Assembly: GCA_951406725.2 (NCBI GenBank)
Contig: OX597815.1
Coordinates: 212,722,001-212,786,000 of the forward strand
Origin: Octopus vulgaris
Lineage: Eukaryota
DNA length: 64,000 bases
Direction of reading: 5' to 3'
In this document: piece by piece, positions 49,143 through 62,431 of the stretch
Position numbering within the stretch: the first letter of the stretch is position 1
Layout of the letters: the number at the start of each line of letters is the position of its first letter
Made by a program: the position numbers and the translations under genes
Notes under the pieces: model-generated
The model's input: the letters and a program-made list of their open reading frames with translations, nothing else
Database searches by the model: none
What the model was told of the DNA's origin: nothing

Positions 49143-49373
49143 GGCGGCGCGCCGGCAGAAACGTTAGCACACCGGGCGAAATGCTTAGCAGTATTTCGTC
49201 TGCTGTTACGTTCTGAGTTCAAATTCTGCCGAGGTCGACTTTGCCGTTCATCCTTTTGGGGTTGATAAATTAAGTACCAGTTATGCACTGGGGTCGATGT
49301 AATCTACTTAATCCGTTTGTCTGTCCTTGTTTGTCCCCTCTGTGTTTAGCCCCTTGTGGGTAGTAAAGAAATA
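49143..49373 (+). mobile_element. Full family C SINE with about 19-bp TSD
   Basis: AGTATGGCACATTG(G/C)GTAA on both sides. Confidence 0.92.
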
Positions 49374-49499
49374 AGTATGGCACATTGCGTAAGTGACTTC
49401 TACAATAGCCTGAGGTTGGCTAAAGCCATTGTTCATAAACTGATTTGTTCCCAATGAGAGACATTCATAAACTGAGGTCCCACTATACATATATGTACC

Positions 49500-49880
49500 A
49501 TGTAAATGGCATTCATGTATCATAGCCATGGTCACTGCCAGTACCATGTAAATGGCACCTGTGAATCACAGTCATGGTTGTTGCCAGTGTCATGTAAATG
49601 GTACCCATGTCGGTGGCACCTAAAAGCACCTATTACACTCCTGGAGTGGGTGGTGTTAGGAAGAGCATCCAGCTATAGAAACCATGCTAAATCAGACCGG
49701 AACCTGGTGCAGCTCTCCAGCTCATCAGCTCCATTCAAACCATCTAACCCATGCCAGCTTGGAGAGCAGACATTAAATGATGATGATGATGATGATAGTG
49801 GTGGTGGTGGTGGTGGTGGTGGTGGTGGTGGTGGTGATGGTGATGATGATGTTGATGAGGATGATGATGATGATGATGGT
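49500..49880 (+). mobile_element. Diverged family B copy whose tail has expanded into (GAT)n(GGT)n
   Basis: Modules, core, then a trinucleotide tract at 49777-49880. Confidence 0.8.
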
Positions 49881-50599
49881 GGCGTGTGTGTGTGTTTATG
49901 CTTGTATTTGTCCACCACTGCTTCACAACCATTGTTGGTTTGTTGACTTTCCCATAATCTACCAGTTCAGCAGAAAGAGACCAACCAGAAAAAAAATACC
50001 AAGCTTTAAAAAAAATAAGTGCTGGTTTTGAGTTGTGCAACTAAACTTTTCAAGGCGGTGCCCCAGCGCAGCCATCATTCCATGACTGAAACAAGCAAAA
50101 GCTAAAAGATATACAAAGACATGTCTCTAAAGTAAATAACAGTCTTGTTGTTTCTCCCCAAATAATAAATCCTTACCAATTATTATCCAAAGGTTGCAAC
50201 TGGTCTTTTAGTTTCATGTGTTTTTTGAAGGAGCCAACTTATGGTTTCCATCATTTACCAACACAGTGTTTGTTTGAACTTCTCTGTTTGCAGTATTTTT
50301 ATTGAAACCATTCCAAGAAGAGCGTGCCTGTGTGTGTAACTGTGTGTGCATGCGTGTGTGTGTAAAAACATATGCTGTGTGTGTGTGTGTGTGTGTATAA
50401 ATGTGTACTTGTATATATATATATATGCATACATACACACACACACACACACACACAAACATACACAAACACAAGCCCACATACAAACACACATATATTT
50501 GAAGGCTTATTTCTAAATTCATGTATCTTCTTTATTTTTTTCTTATGTAATCTTTTTTTTATGGAACTCATTAATTCACTAATGGAACTTGTCCAAGAT

Positions 50600-51160
50600 A
50601 TTGTTACAAATTATGGAATAGGCTACAAAGGATTAAATAAGAAGGTAGACAAGGCAAACATATGGTACAATAGACCCAAGTTTCACTGGGTAATGTTTAT
50701 TGCATCACACTGAAATGAGAATTAGCCCACAGGTTTAGGAAAACTGTGAGTAATGCTAAACTAGTAGAGAAACTAGGACAATCCACTAGGTCACTGATAA
50801 GCAGAACATATGTCTTTGATAGGACAACATGTACCAATAGGAACTGGATCAACTGCAAACGAGGAATGTAGTTTATCAATGGAAATGTATGGGAACAAAT
50901 GTAAGAATTTAACCATGGCACATAATGGGGAAACTGCCAGGAGTCTGTCTGAAATAATGGAGAAGCATTGGAAAGAATATAGTGATAGGAAACCTACACT
51001 AGTATTCTATCAGCATGCTTAGGATAAATGCAATGAAATGCAGAATAACGTAAGCATAAAGATCATCTTTGCACATTCATATAATGCATCTCTATGACAG
51101 ATACAGGAGAATATACGAACAAAAGAATGGGAACCATCACTTAATAAAAATATAGTTAAA
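50600..51160 (+). mobile_element. Decayed Penelope-like element, GIY-YIG endonuclease region
   Basis: NVVYQWKCMG (from 50865), frameshift, then AHNGETARSLSEIMEKHWKEY...VFYQHA and a terminal EPSLNK, matching the PLE pattern VVY...YIGET.R.L..R..EH...P.LN. Confidence 0.8.
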
Positions 51161-51385
51161 GTGTAACAACCACACCAACACTAGCACCTGCTATGAAAGA
51201 AACAAATAGAAATACTACAGATCCACATGTATATGTGTCTTGTGGCATGTATGCTCATCCCTGCATCTTGACATCAAATTGGTCAGAAAACATGATGTAA
51301 ATAAGATTCTATGGTGAACATGTTAAACTGCATCAACCCATTCCAGCAGAAGTAAACCAATCCTTGAACGACAGGTTTTGGCATA

Positions 51386-51465
51386 TTTGGTCAGATGAGG
51401 CTTTGGTCAGATGAGGCTTTGGTCAGATGAGGCTTTGGTCAGATGAGGCTTTGGTCAGATGAGGC
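51386..51465. repeat. 16-bp minisatellite TTTGGTCAGATGAGGC x5
   Basis: Five exact tandem copies with no spacers. Confidence 0.95.
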
Positions 51466-51849
51466 TTGTAACGATCGCTCTTGATCAACTCATCAATTAC
51501 ATAATGACTAACAATAACAGCAACAAGATAACCAATTTCGTTTAAAATAAAAAGACAATGACATAAGATAATGGTGGTATCTTGTTGTGCTTTAAAGGTT
51601 GAGTGAAACGACTTTGGTCTGAGATCAATGAGGTAGCTTGAGACTGAATAGTAACAACAGTACAATTGGCAAGAACAATATGAACACCACCACCACCACC
51701 ACCATCAGCAATATCCTCTGTTATCACTGTCACCACCACCACCAAAACCAATATAACCACCACCACCACTACCTATCAACTAACTTTTGAATAACCAATT
51801 ATCAGCAACATTAATATTACTATCATAGCACTGACTGTAATTCTCACTC

Positions 51850-51885
<36 letters not shown>

Positions 51886-51886
51886 C

Positions 51887-51951
<65 letters not shown>

Positions 51952-52144
51952 CATTATGTGTGTGAGAGAGAAAACTAGGGAAAGAGACAGAGAGAACACG
52001 CAAGACAGAAAGAGAGAGACAGATAGAAAGTGAGAGACAGACAGACAGAAAGTGACAAAGTGAGAGAGAGAGAGAGACAGATAGAAAGAGGGAGTAGTGT
52101 AATGTATTGAATTAGTTGACAACTTCAAACCTAAGTTTCGTAAC

Positions 52145-53600
52145 TTTATTGTTGATTGAGCATTTTTAAGTTTAACCTGACCTCGTTGGATGGTTTTGTT
52201 GACGAGCTTTTCCGTTGCCCATTACTTGTGTAAAATGAGTGTTGTGTGCTGTTTGGAATAATGTTTGCTTGTGCTGTAGTGTCCAGCTTGAAGGTGATGC
52301 TTTGTTTATCTTCTGCTATGACAGCTTGTGTCCAGTCAGGTATTATTGCATTCGTTTCCAGTGTGATACCATCAAAAAATAAATATTGATACAACAAATC
52401 ATTATCTCAGGTGCTTCTATCTCTGACACACCTTGTGGTTGTTTAGAATGGCACAGATTGGCAAAAGGACTTTGCTTATGGCTTTACACACGTTTCCCCA
52501 TAGGCAGAGAATTGCTTAGGGGAGATGACTCTCTTTACTCTTTTACTTGTATCAGTCATTTGACTGCGGCCATGCTGGAGCACCACCTTTAGTCGAACGA
52601 ATCGACCCCAGAATTTATTCTTTGGAAGCCTAGTACTTATTCTATTGGTCTCTTTTGCTGAACCGCTAAGTTACGGGGACGTAAACACAGGTTGGGGGGA
52701 AAAACACAGACACACAAACATATACACGCACATAGATATATACATATATACATATGTACGACGGGCTTCTTTCAGTTTCCGTCTACCAAATCCACTCACA
52801 AGGCTTTGGTCGGCCTGAGGCTTTACTAGAAGACACTTGTCCAAGGTACCACACAGAGGGAATGAACCCGGAACCATGTGGTTGGTAAGCAAGCTACTTA
52901 ACACACAGCCACTAACAACATTTACTACATGAACTTATACAGTAATCTCTAAGGCTTTTTTTCTTTTTTCGTACAGCACGCTCTTAAATTTTAAGTTATT
53001 TTTCCTCATCTGCAGAAGCTTGTTTTGTGTCACTACCGAGACAGTAGAATCCTCAGTGATGCTTTTTATCTATGTAGCACTTATTTCAACAGCTCAACAT
53101 TTATCTATAGCTTCTCTAAATATTCATTTTGCATTCTGAAGCAGTATCTCTTGAGACTCTTTGTTTTGTATTTCACCTCTGGTCTTGTCTCCAATTAAAT
53201 CATCCTGCAAATCTCTGCAGTCACAGTCTTTAGATCTCAGCTCAATGTTAGTTAGAAATGAATCATATTTCTCTTATGGTAACTGATTTCTACAACAAAA
53301 TAGATAGTGGACATGTGTGATGTTTTTTCTAGGGCTACAATACTCTCGAAATTTCATTTTAACAGCAATAAGATTATCTTTATTGTCCAGATTTTCAAAC
53401 TAAAAAGAATTAAATACCTGTTGTGCTTGCGAACCTGTGATTTAGACATAAGTTGCAACCTGCACATTTTCGTCTTTTTCCATAACTTTTGTGACAAGAG
53501 AATAAAAGTTATATTGATGTTCTCATATCTTATAATTTTCATCTAAATTTCCTTCAAAGCTCAGATTTTTTAGTGGCTTCAGATTCATCGTATTTAAATT
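52145..53600 (-). mobile_element. Decayed Gypsy LTR retrotransposon gag and protease, split by a family A SINE (52528-52912)
   Basis: Gag: KFREYCSPRKNITHVHYLFCCRNQLP*EKYDSFLTNIELRSKDCDCRDLQDDLIGDK (about 53400-53070). Protease: ITFKLDTTAQANIIP (about 52300-52255). Confidence 0.85.
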
Positions 53601-53769
53601 GATTTTATCCTCTGAAAGTATTTCACATTAAAACAGTTTGCATGTAAACTTTTCCATGCATAAACAAAGTTCAGTAAACAATTAAAATTAAAGAAGAGAA
53701 TGAATACTTGTTCTTGTGTTTGCATCTTTGTTTTCTTTCTTTTTTGTGATCATGAGTTCAGATAAAGCA

Positions 53770-53915
53770 TTATGATTATCTTCTGCAGAATTTAAAAGCT
53801 TTGCCAAAGCATGAGACTTTCACCATATCACATTCAGTCCATTATTTTTCCCAATCAAATGGTCAAGCAAAGACTGCAGTGAAAGCCATGAGAACACTAA
53901 TAAAAATATGCTACA
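53770..53915 (+). mobile_element. Gypsy integrase core fragment
   Basis: SSAEFKSFAKA*DFHHIT..HYFSQSNGQAKTAVKAMRTLIK (compare ITSSP.YPQSNG.AER.V). Confidence 0.8.
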
Positions 53916-54714
53916 AAGTGTGTTGGTGATCCAGTGAACTTGCTCAGTACTCTAAATCCCAAAACCTTGATAGTCAGGCTGCTGCAGGAAAACTAATTTG
54001 TAATCAATGTGAAATGATTTGTGAGTCCCTTGCAGGCCTCGAGTCATACAAGCCATCATTTGCAGCATGGAAACGAAATGGTTGGTATTTCTTAAAATTA
54101 AATGAGTTTAAGAAGTGGTCTTACTTGGTTACAAGCTGACTTCCACTTTGTATGTCTTTTGCGTAGCCCCGTCTAATGAATTCCACTCATACGCAAAATA
54201 TTGTTTATCCAGAGTATATGGTTAGAAGACATTTGCCAAAAGTGCTGCATGGTGGGACTGAACCTAGAACAATGTGGATGTGAAACAGATTTCTTAACCA
54301 GATATGGCAGCACCTGTTTGCATGTAAATATCTGTTACATTCTATATTGGATTAAATATTGGAAGCAGAAAACCAGGATCTTGGAAATCCTATTTTCTTG
54401 GATTATCTCAGATAAAAATGCAAATCTCATTTGCACATGAGTAGGAGGAAGAAAGAGAAAGAATAGAACAAAATAAAAAGAGAGGGAGAAGGAAAGAAAG
54501 AAGCTAGATAGAGAATGTTAATACTACTGTAAAGAAATAAGAGATATTTTCAAGGTTTCCATTTATAAAGCTGAATATCTAAATCTGAATAGCTTTGTTT
54601 CACCTGTCATATTGAATGCAACGCTAATTGGCGAATTCAGTCGGATTAGTAAAATGCTTAAGTTGACCAACATTAATAGCAACACTAAATGTCCTATATA
54701 TATAAATGTGTGTG

Positions 54715-54751
<37 letters not shown>

Positions 54752-54752
<1 letters not shown>

Positions 54753-55075
54753 AAGACGCATGGCTCAGTGGTTAGAACATCGAGCTTACGATCGTGAGGT
54801 TGTGAGCTCGAATCCTGGTCCGGGCTGCATGTTGTGTTCTTGAGCAAGACTCTTCATTTCACGTTGCTCCAGTTCACTCAGCTGTAGAAATGAGTTGTGA
54901 CGTCACAGGTGCCAAGCTGTATCGGCCCCTTTGCCTTTCCCTTGGATAACACTGGTGGTGTTGAGAGGGGAGGCCGGTATGCATGGGCGACTGCTGGTCT
55001 TCCATAAACAACCTAGCCTGGACTTGTACCTGGGAGGTTAACTTTCTAGGTGCAATCCCATGGCCTGTGTCGTGA

Positions 55076-55078
<3 letters not shown>
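54752..55078 (+). mobile_element. Family E tRNA-derived SINE
   Basis: TGGCTCAGTGG A box, CTTACGA anticodon-like loop (Arg-ACG), GAGCTCGAATCC B box; homologous to 35792-36135. Confidence 0.87.
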
Positions 55079-55126
<48 letters not shown>

Positions 55127-55479
55127 TATACACTGAGAAAGAGGAGAGAGAAAGCTGCAGGCATAGCTGGGTGATTAAGAAGCTCCCTTTGCAACTGCAT
55201 ACTTTTATATTCAGTCCCACTGCACAGCAACTTGAACAAGAATCTCCTAAAATTGCTCACCAATACTTTGTGTATGAATTTGGTAGATGGAAACTATGGT
55301 TTGAAGGGCATTAGGCTGCTATTTCTAGCAATCAAGCAACCATGTAGAGATACCATTGATGCAAATTCTAGTTCAATGCTGAGATAATATAGAATGCAGA
55401 TTTAGGTAACAGTCATTATATTGTAAACACATTCAATAGTCATTGATGCTTAATTGCTCTCTAATACTGTGCATTTGGA

Positions 55480-55861
55480 TACTCTCTTTTACTTGTTTCA
55501 GTCATGTGACTGTGGCCATGCTGGAGCACCGCCTTTAGTCGATCAAATCGACCCCAGGACTTATTCTTTGTAAGCCTAGTACTAATTTTATCGGTCTCTT
55601 TTTTGCTGAACCGCTAACTTACAGGGACGTAAACACACCAGCATCGGTTGTCAAGCGATGGGGGGACAAACACAGACACACAAACATACACACACATACA
55701 TATTTATATATATATACACATATACGACGGGCTTCTTTCAGTTTCCGTCTACCAAATCCACTCACAAGGCTTTGATCGGCCCGAGGCTATAGTAGAAGAC
55801 ACTTACCCAAGGTGCTACGCAGTGGGACTGAACCTGAAACCATGTGGTTCGTAAGCAAGCT
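55480..55861 (-). mobile_element. Family A SINE
   Basis: Reverse-complement copy. Confidence 0.9.
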
Positions 55862-55889
55862 GTTTAACATTTATATTTTTATTTATCAG

Positions 55890-56320
55890 TCTGAAGACCG
55901 ATGCCAACCCTGCCTCGAATGGCTTCTGTGCCGGTGGCACATAAAAAGCACCATCCGAACGTGGCCGATGTCAGCACCGCCCCGACTGGCTTCTGTGCCG
56001 GTGACACATAAAAAGCACCATCCGAACGTGGCCGATGCCAGCACCGCCTGGACTGGCTTCTGTGCCGGTGACACAAAAAAAGCACCAACCGATCGTGGCC
56101 GATGCCAGACCCCTCTGGCACCGGTGCAGGTGGCACGTAAAAAGCATCCACTACACTCGCGGAGTGGTTGGCGTTAGGAAGGGCATCCAGCTGTAGAAAC
56201 ACTGCCAGATCAGACTGGAGCCTGGAGCAGCCCCTGGCTCCCCAGACCCCAGTCGAACCGTCCAACCCGTGCTAGCGCGGAAAACGGACGTTAAATGATG
56301 ATGATGATGATGATGATGAA
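55890..56320 (+). mobile_element. Family B retroposon with 4 modules of about 67 bp
   Basis: TGGCTTCTGTGCCGGTG(G/A)CACATAAAAAGCACCATCCGAACGTGGCCGATG repeated. Confidence 0.92.
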
Positions 56321-56772
56321 GAGGTGATAAAATAATTATGCTCCTTTAGAGTCTTTCTAGATTGGATGTTGTAAATGAATGGAATGGGATAAGCATGATT
56401 AACATTGGTTTCAAATTTTGGCAGAAAGCCAGCAATTTTGGAGGAGGGCCCAAGTTGATTATATTGACCCCCCACCCCAATGCTCAACTTGGTGCTTATT
56501 TTATTGACCATGAAAGGATGAAAGACAAAGATGACCTCAGTGGAATTTGAACTCAGAATGTTAAGACAGTCCAGTATGCTAATGATTCTGTTCACTTGTC
56601 ACTTCAGTATGTTTAATATTAAATCTTAATGATTAAGAGAATAAACAGCAAGGGAGCTCTGGATGAATTAAAACTTAGTAAATGATGGATGGGTGGATAC
56701 TGGTTGAATAAATTGCTTGATTCAAAATCTTAGCAGTGTTGGGAAGAGGAGAACCAGAAGCGTTAGGTTTCT

Positions 56773-57001
56773 GCAGTGAGCTGGCAGAAGCGTTGGCATG
56801 CCAGGCAAAATGCTTAGCGGTATTTCGTCTGCTGCTACGTCCTGAGTTCAAATTCCGCCGAGGTCGACTTTGCCTTTCATCCTTTCGGGGTCGATTAATT
56901 AAGTACCAGTTACGCACTGGGGTTGATGTAATCGACTTAATACCTATGTCTGTCCTTGTTTGTCCCCTCTATGTTTAGCCCCTTGTGGGTAATAAAGAAA
57001 T
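56773..57001 (+). mobile_element. Full family C SINE
   Basis: Head to AATAAAGAAATA tail. Older minus-strand family C copies lie at about 56405-56600 and 57620-57838. Confidence 0.9.
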
Positions 57002-58764
57002 AAGAAACACTAGGTCGGTAGCCTGGGTAGGTGTGAGATCAAAGAAGTTGAAGTAAAAAGCAGTCAACAAAATTGCATAGACAAGATACACAAGACAGAG
57101 TTGTCCAAATGGTAATTGGCAGCAAAGATTGGGTCTTGTTAAATTTCTTCTAACTACTTGAAGTCTTTCAAATTTTCATCAGTTTTCAAAAAATGTAGCC
57201 CTGATGTAGTTTTGTATGCAAATGAAGAAAACTGCATTCAGTCCCTACCCCATTGCCATAATAAAGAAGTTACCAACAGTTAAAGTCGTGTAATTTTAGC
57301 CAATCAAAACCCTCCATTGCCAACAGGAATGTTTATTTGCCTATCAACTAACCTTTGTTATTTTGTACAATCTTTAATGTACATGTATGTATGTATGTGC
57401 GCGCGCTTTTGCTTTCTTTACCTGATTAGAGTTAGTTTATTTTGATTAATCAGCTCCTTGATAGTAAGATAAAATGATTTTTGTTTTTAAAAAGGTGGTG
57501 GGTGTTGTTCTTTTTGCTATCGTTTGTGCAACCAATTCACCTTGAACATTTTAACTAACAATAAATAATTTTTAATAACGGTTTAAAATTAGTCAAGGAT
57601 CAGAAGTATATCACTGAATAATTGGCTTCAAATTTCGGCACAAGCCCCACCCCCTCGTAGGAGGGGGAAGTCGAATACATCAACCTCAGTGGTCAATTGG
57701 GGCTTATTTTATCGACTCCCAAAAGGCTGAAAAACAAAGTTGACCTCAGTGGAATTTGAACTCGGAACATAAAAATGGATGAAATGCTGCTAAGCATTTT
57801 GTCTGGCGATGCTAACCATTCTGCCAGCTCTCTGCCTAAATCACTGAATATTAAACAATCACGCATAAGTTTGGGTGTGTATGAAACATATTCTTGTGTG
57901 CATACATGTAGAATGGTGCATTTCTCTCTTTCTGTGTGCTACTCTCTCTCTCTATCTTTCTCTCTAACTCTTTCACTCTTTCTTTCCCTCTCTCTCTCTC
58001 ACTCATAATATATTAACACACATGTAACCTCTTTTTTCCCATTATGTCATCACCACCACTGCTCCCACCACCACCACCACCACTACCACCATCATCATCA
58101 TTATCATCATCAACCTCATCTACAACCCAACCCTTTTAATTCTATTTGTTTCTCTTACAAGTCTGCGCATTTAAGTACATTTTATGATTCGACGAGTGGC
58201 CCAACTGGTTTAGTTTAACCCAAATGAGTGAACCCAAACAATCTTTTGCCCACTCACTCTCATTCATTCCAGTCGACTGTTCCAATCGATTGAATTGATT
58301 GATGGACAGCCAAGCACTGACGTATGTTTTCACAGCTTTCGTTGCTTAGTTACAAAGCAGAAAGGAACAGAGACAAAATGATATTTTACACTAAATTGTC
58401 GCTTTCTAGTTCGCTGCCATTGTTTTATGATGGCAAAACTGTTAGAAGTGAAATATTAGATAAACTCTTACGTAAATTACGTTGGCAAGAGGTTAAGACA
58501 ATGTCTGAACAATGATGTGGATTTATATTTCGGATTTATATTTATGAGCCAATATACACACGCATACACACACACACATACATACACACACGCACAAACA
58601 CACACGCCCACACAGACATACACACATGCATGCACACATACACAAGCCCGCGTGCGTGCGTGCGTGCGTGCGTATGTGTGCGTGCGCGCGCGTGTGTATA
58701 GAGTGGAACCTCTGTTTATGAACATTTCTCATCACAGACAAATCAGTTTACGAACAATTTTTCA

Positions 58765-59172
58765 AACTGGCAGCACCGTTAGCACGCCGGACGAAATGCT
58801 TAGCGGTATTTCGTCTGCCGTTACGTCCTGAGTTCAAATTCCGCCGAGGTCGACTTTGCTTTTCATCCTTTCGGGGTCGATAAATTAAGTACCAGTTACG
58901 CACTGGGGTTGATGTAATCGACTTAATACCTATGTCTCTCCTTGTTTGTCCCCTCTGTCTTTAGCCCCTTGTTGGTAGTAAAGAAATAGGTATTTCGTCT
59001 GCCGTTACGTTCTGAGTTCAAATTCCACCGAGGTCGACTTTGCTTTTCATCCTTTCGGGGTCGATTAAATATGTACCAGTTACGTACTGGAGTCGATGTA
59101 ATCGACTTAATCTCTTTGTCTGTCCTTGTTTGTCCCCTCTCTATGTTTAGCCCCTTGTGGGCAATAAAGAAA
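58765..59172 (+). mobile_element. Family C SINE tandem (near-full copy plus headless copy)
   Basis: The first tail AAAGAAATAG is followed directly by GTATTTCGTCTGCCGTTACG at about 58990. Confidence 0.9.
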
Positions 59173-59539
59173 TAAATTTTTCGAACATAAAATGTCTTAG
59201 GTGATGAACGCTGTCTCAAGTAACGAACGCACAAACTTGGAACAATGGTTGATAGCAAACTGGGAGTATGAGCGTGAAAGCGTCAATTGCTCACTGCACA
59301 CCCCTGCTTGAATTCTCTGTGGCCCCTCTTGAATTTCCGATGGGAAACAACATCTCAGTTGACAAACAGCGTTCAAGATTAAATTCAGTTTGTGAACAAA
59401 TGGTCCACTCTGTGTGTGTGTGTGTGTGAGTGTGTGTGTGTGTGTGCGTGCATGTGTGTTTGTATGTACTTTTATTAAAGCTGAAAAAAATTTTCCCTAC
59501 ATGTTACTCAGTTTTGCATTACCACTCCCTCTGGTGGTG

Positions 59540-59822
59540 TAAAGCACTTGTGATGGTATCATATAGAAGTGTGCCTACGTAGTGTCACGTAAAAGCACCT
59601 GTGTGATGCCACTTAAAGGCACCTATGCAGTGCCACGTGAAAGCACCCAGCACACTCTGTGAAGTGGTTGGTGTTAGGAAGGGCATCCAGCCATAGAAAC
59701 CATGCAAAATCAGACTAGGGTCTGGTGCAGCTCCCCAGCTTGCTGTTGTCCATGCTGATCAAACCGTCTAACCCATGCCAGGATGGACAACAGACGCTAA
59801 ATGATGATGATGATGATGATGA
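59540..59822 (+). mobile_element. Family B retroposon with short (about 30-bp) modules
   Basis: Repeated GTGCCACGT.AAAGCACC units, core and (GAT)n. Confidence 0.82.
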
Positions 59823-60477
59823 GGAGGAGGAGGATGATACATACACACACACACACACACACACTCACCAGTGCATATCAAACATTGAGGTGTGGTTGTC
59901 AAAATTCCTGTTTGCAACCAACCGATTAGTATTAATATTAACAGATTTTTATTTTCTGTTGCACATGACATCGCACATACGTAATCCTTTTATATTTTCT
60001 GGCACAAAAATAGCTTAAAAGGTTGCATTAATTAGAGACAGCAAGTCTACTTATTTTGTGCAACAATTTTGCAGTAGTATTAATTGTTGAAGTATCATTA
60101 ATTACTGCAGTAGCATTAATTAATGATTGGATGACAATACAAGTTTTTTTGTATCATGCATTGAAAATTAGGCTTTTGTGTCAGTGGTGTTTGAGCAAAA
60201 GGATTATTTTTGACTCTTAATCATCATTTGTATGAATATAAATGGTATAACTTACTCTAAAAGTGTGGAAGCAGGATTTCTTAAGAATTCATTATTGGTT
60301 TCTCAACAGCTTCTCATTATGGTAATAGCTTATGAGGAATCGTTGTCATCATTACCATCGTCACTACCACCACTACTATCATCATTTGCAGCATTACAGT
60401 AATCATAATTATGCTGAATATCGTCATTGTTTTCCTTCTTTCAACTAATAATAATAATAACAATAATAATAATAATA

Positions 60478-61017
60478 AATGCCCTGATGCAGTACCAGGC
60501 AGTGGCTCTCATGGCTTCTGATCTTAACTGATTGGAAGTGTTATCATGTACATTGTTTTGTCTTGGTGTAAAAGATGGGCTACAGCAAATATTCTGCTCA
60601 ATACCACAGATTTGCCTGTCATTTGTTTGACCATAACCAGTTGAGCATGTCCCTTAGTGGCTGACATATGTCCCTCTCTAATCACAAGCAGGAATAGTGG
60701 GGGAGCATCATAGCCATGTGTTGAGAGGAGTTCTTGTAGGTTTGAATAATTCACCTCTGGAAATGTGTGTTTCGTTCAACACCTTTAAATAATCCTTATT
60801 CAAGGACCTTTTGAGTGGTATGGGCTACCCAACCTGAAGAAAATGGGCCCCACCTGCAAAGTCATGTTTATCTTGATAGGAGATCATCATGTCGCACCTG
60901 TATGGCTGTGATGCATGTGCCTGGTGTACCCTTATCACACGGGTAGTCATGATGGGTATATTGAGTTTCGCATATTTGTACCCCAGTGTCACTTTGATCG
61001 CATGCACTACTCTCTCA
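60478..61017. repeat. Unclassified element of about 540 bp bounded by (AAT)n
   Basis: GC-richer block sharply bounded by (AAT)n-type tracts, with no recognisable ORF. Single copy here, so repeat status is inferred. Confidence 0.45.
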
Positions 61018-61175
61018 ATAATAACAACAGTGGTTTCAAATTTTGCCACAAGTACAGCCATTTTGGGGGAGGGGATGTGTCCATTACATTGACCCCCCCC
61101 CCCAGTGTTCAACTGGTACTTATTTTATTGACCCTGGAAGGATAAAAGGCAAAGTCAACTTCAGCATAGTAATAA

Positions 61176-61218
<43 letters not shown>

Positions 61219-61274
61219 GGCTTCAATTTCTTTGAGCTATATAACAAAATTTCCTTGGTTTCATGTGGATATGG

Positions 61275-61661
61275 TGCTGGCATGGCTGTGCGGTAAGAAG
61301 CTTGCTTCCCAACTATATGGTTCCGGGTTCAGTCCCTCTGCGTGGCACCTTGGGCAAATGTCTTCTACTATAGCCTCGGGCCGACCAAAGCCTTGTGAGT
61401 GGATTTGGTAGATGGAAACTGAAAAGAAGCCCGTTGTATATATGTATATATATATGTGTGTGTCTGTGTTTGTCCCCCCAATATTGCTTGACAACTGATG
61501 CTGGTGTGTTTATGTCCCCGTAACTTAGTAGTTCGGCAATAGAGACCGATAGAATAAGTACTAGGCTTACAAAGAATAAGTCCTGGGGTCGATTTGCTCA
61601 AAGGCGGTGGTCCAGCATGGCCACAGTCAAATGACTGAAACAAGTAAAAGAGTAAAAGAGT
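61275..61661 (+). mobile_element. Full family A SINE
   Basis: Head, body and GTAAAAGAG tail. Confidence 0.9.
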
Positions 61662-61769
61662 AATAACAATAATAATAGTAATAATAATAATAATAATCTT
61701 TTTTTTCTACTATAATAAGAATCCTTTCTGCTGCTGCTACTACTACTACTACTTTTGCTGTTGTACCAC

Positions 61770-62070
61770 TTAGAAGTGCCTGTGTGGCCTCATGTAAAAC
61801 CACCCATGCAGCATCATGTAAAATCCTGTGACACCTCATAAAAGCAGCCATATGGTGCCATGTAAAAGCACCCATGCAGTGCTACATAAAAACACCCAGC
61901 ACACTCTGTAAAGTGGTTGGCATCAGGAAGGGCTTCCAGCCATAGGAACCATGCCAAATCAGACTGGAGTTTGGTACAGCTCCTCAGATTGCCAGCTCTG
62001 GTCAAACTGTCCAAGCCATGCCTGTATGGACTACGGATATTAAATGATGAAGATGATGATGATGATGATG
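61770..62070 (+). mobile_element. Family B retroposon with short modules
   Basis: Repeated CATGTAAAA(G)CACC units, core and (GAT)n. Confidence 0.8.
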
Positions 62071-62431
62071 AATAGCCTCGTTTTCGTCATCATCTACAGA
62101 ATTACATTTATCATAATTTAGCTGAATATGACAATTAACCTTTTCCTCTTCTAATCCTCATCATAATTATAATCATCATTATCATCATGGTGTTTTCTCA
62201 CTTCTGATTATGTCTTTCAGTGATATGCATCAGGAAAATGACACACAGACACACATGGTGGAAGTCAGTTCATACTTGAATGGTAAATTTCTTGGATTTT
62301 GCCACAAAAGTCAAAATGGATGTTCTTACTCATCGTGATTGACAGTATTGCAAATGCAGTAACTTAACCATCCGCTTGTCTGAGCTGTTTCCAGAAGCAA
62401 ATACCAAGCCCAAGTACACATACCATCTAGT

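Noticed and set aside
51386-51465. CRISPR-like array, or tandem hammerheads (CAGATGAG resembles CTGATGAG)
   Set aside because: Units are contiguous with no spacers, the context is eukaryotic, and there is no GAAA or stem II.
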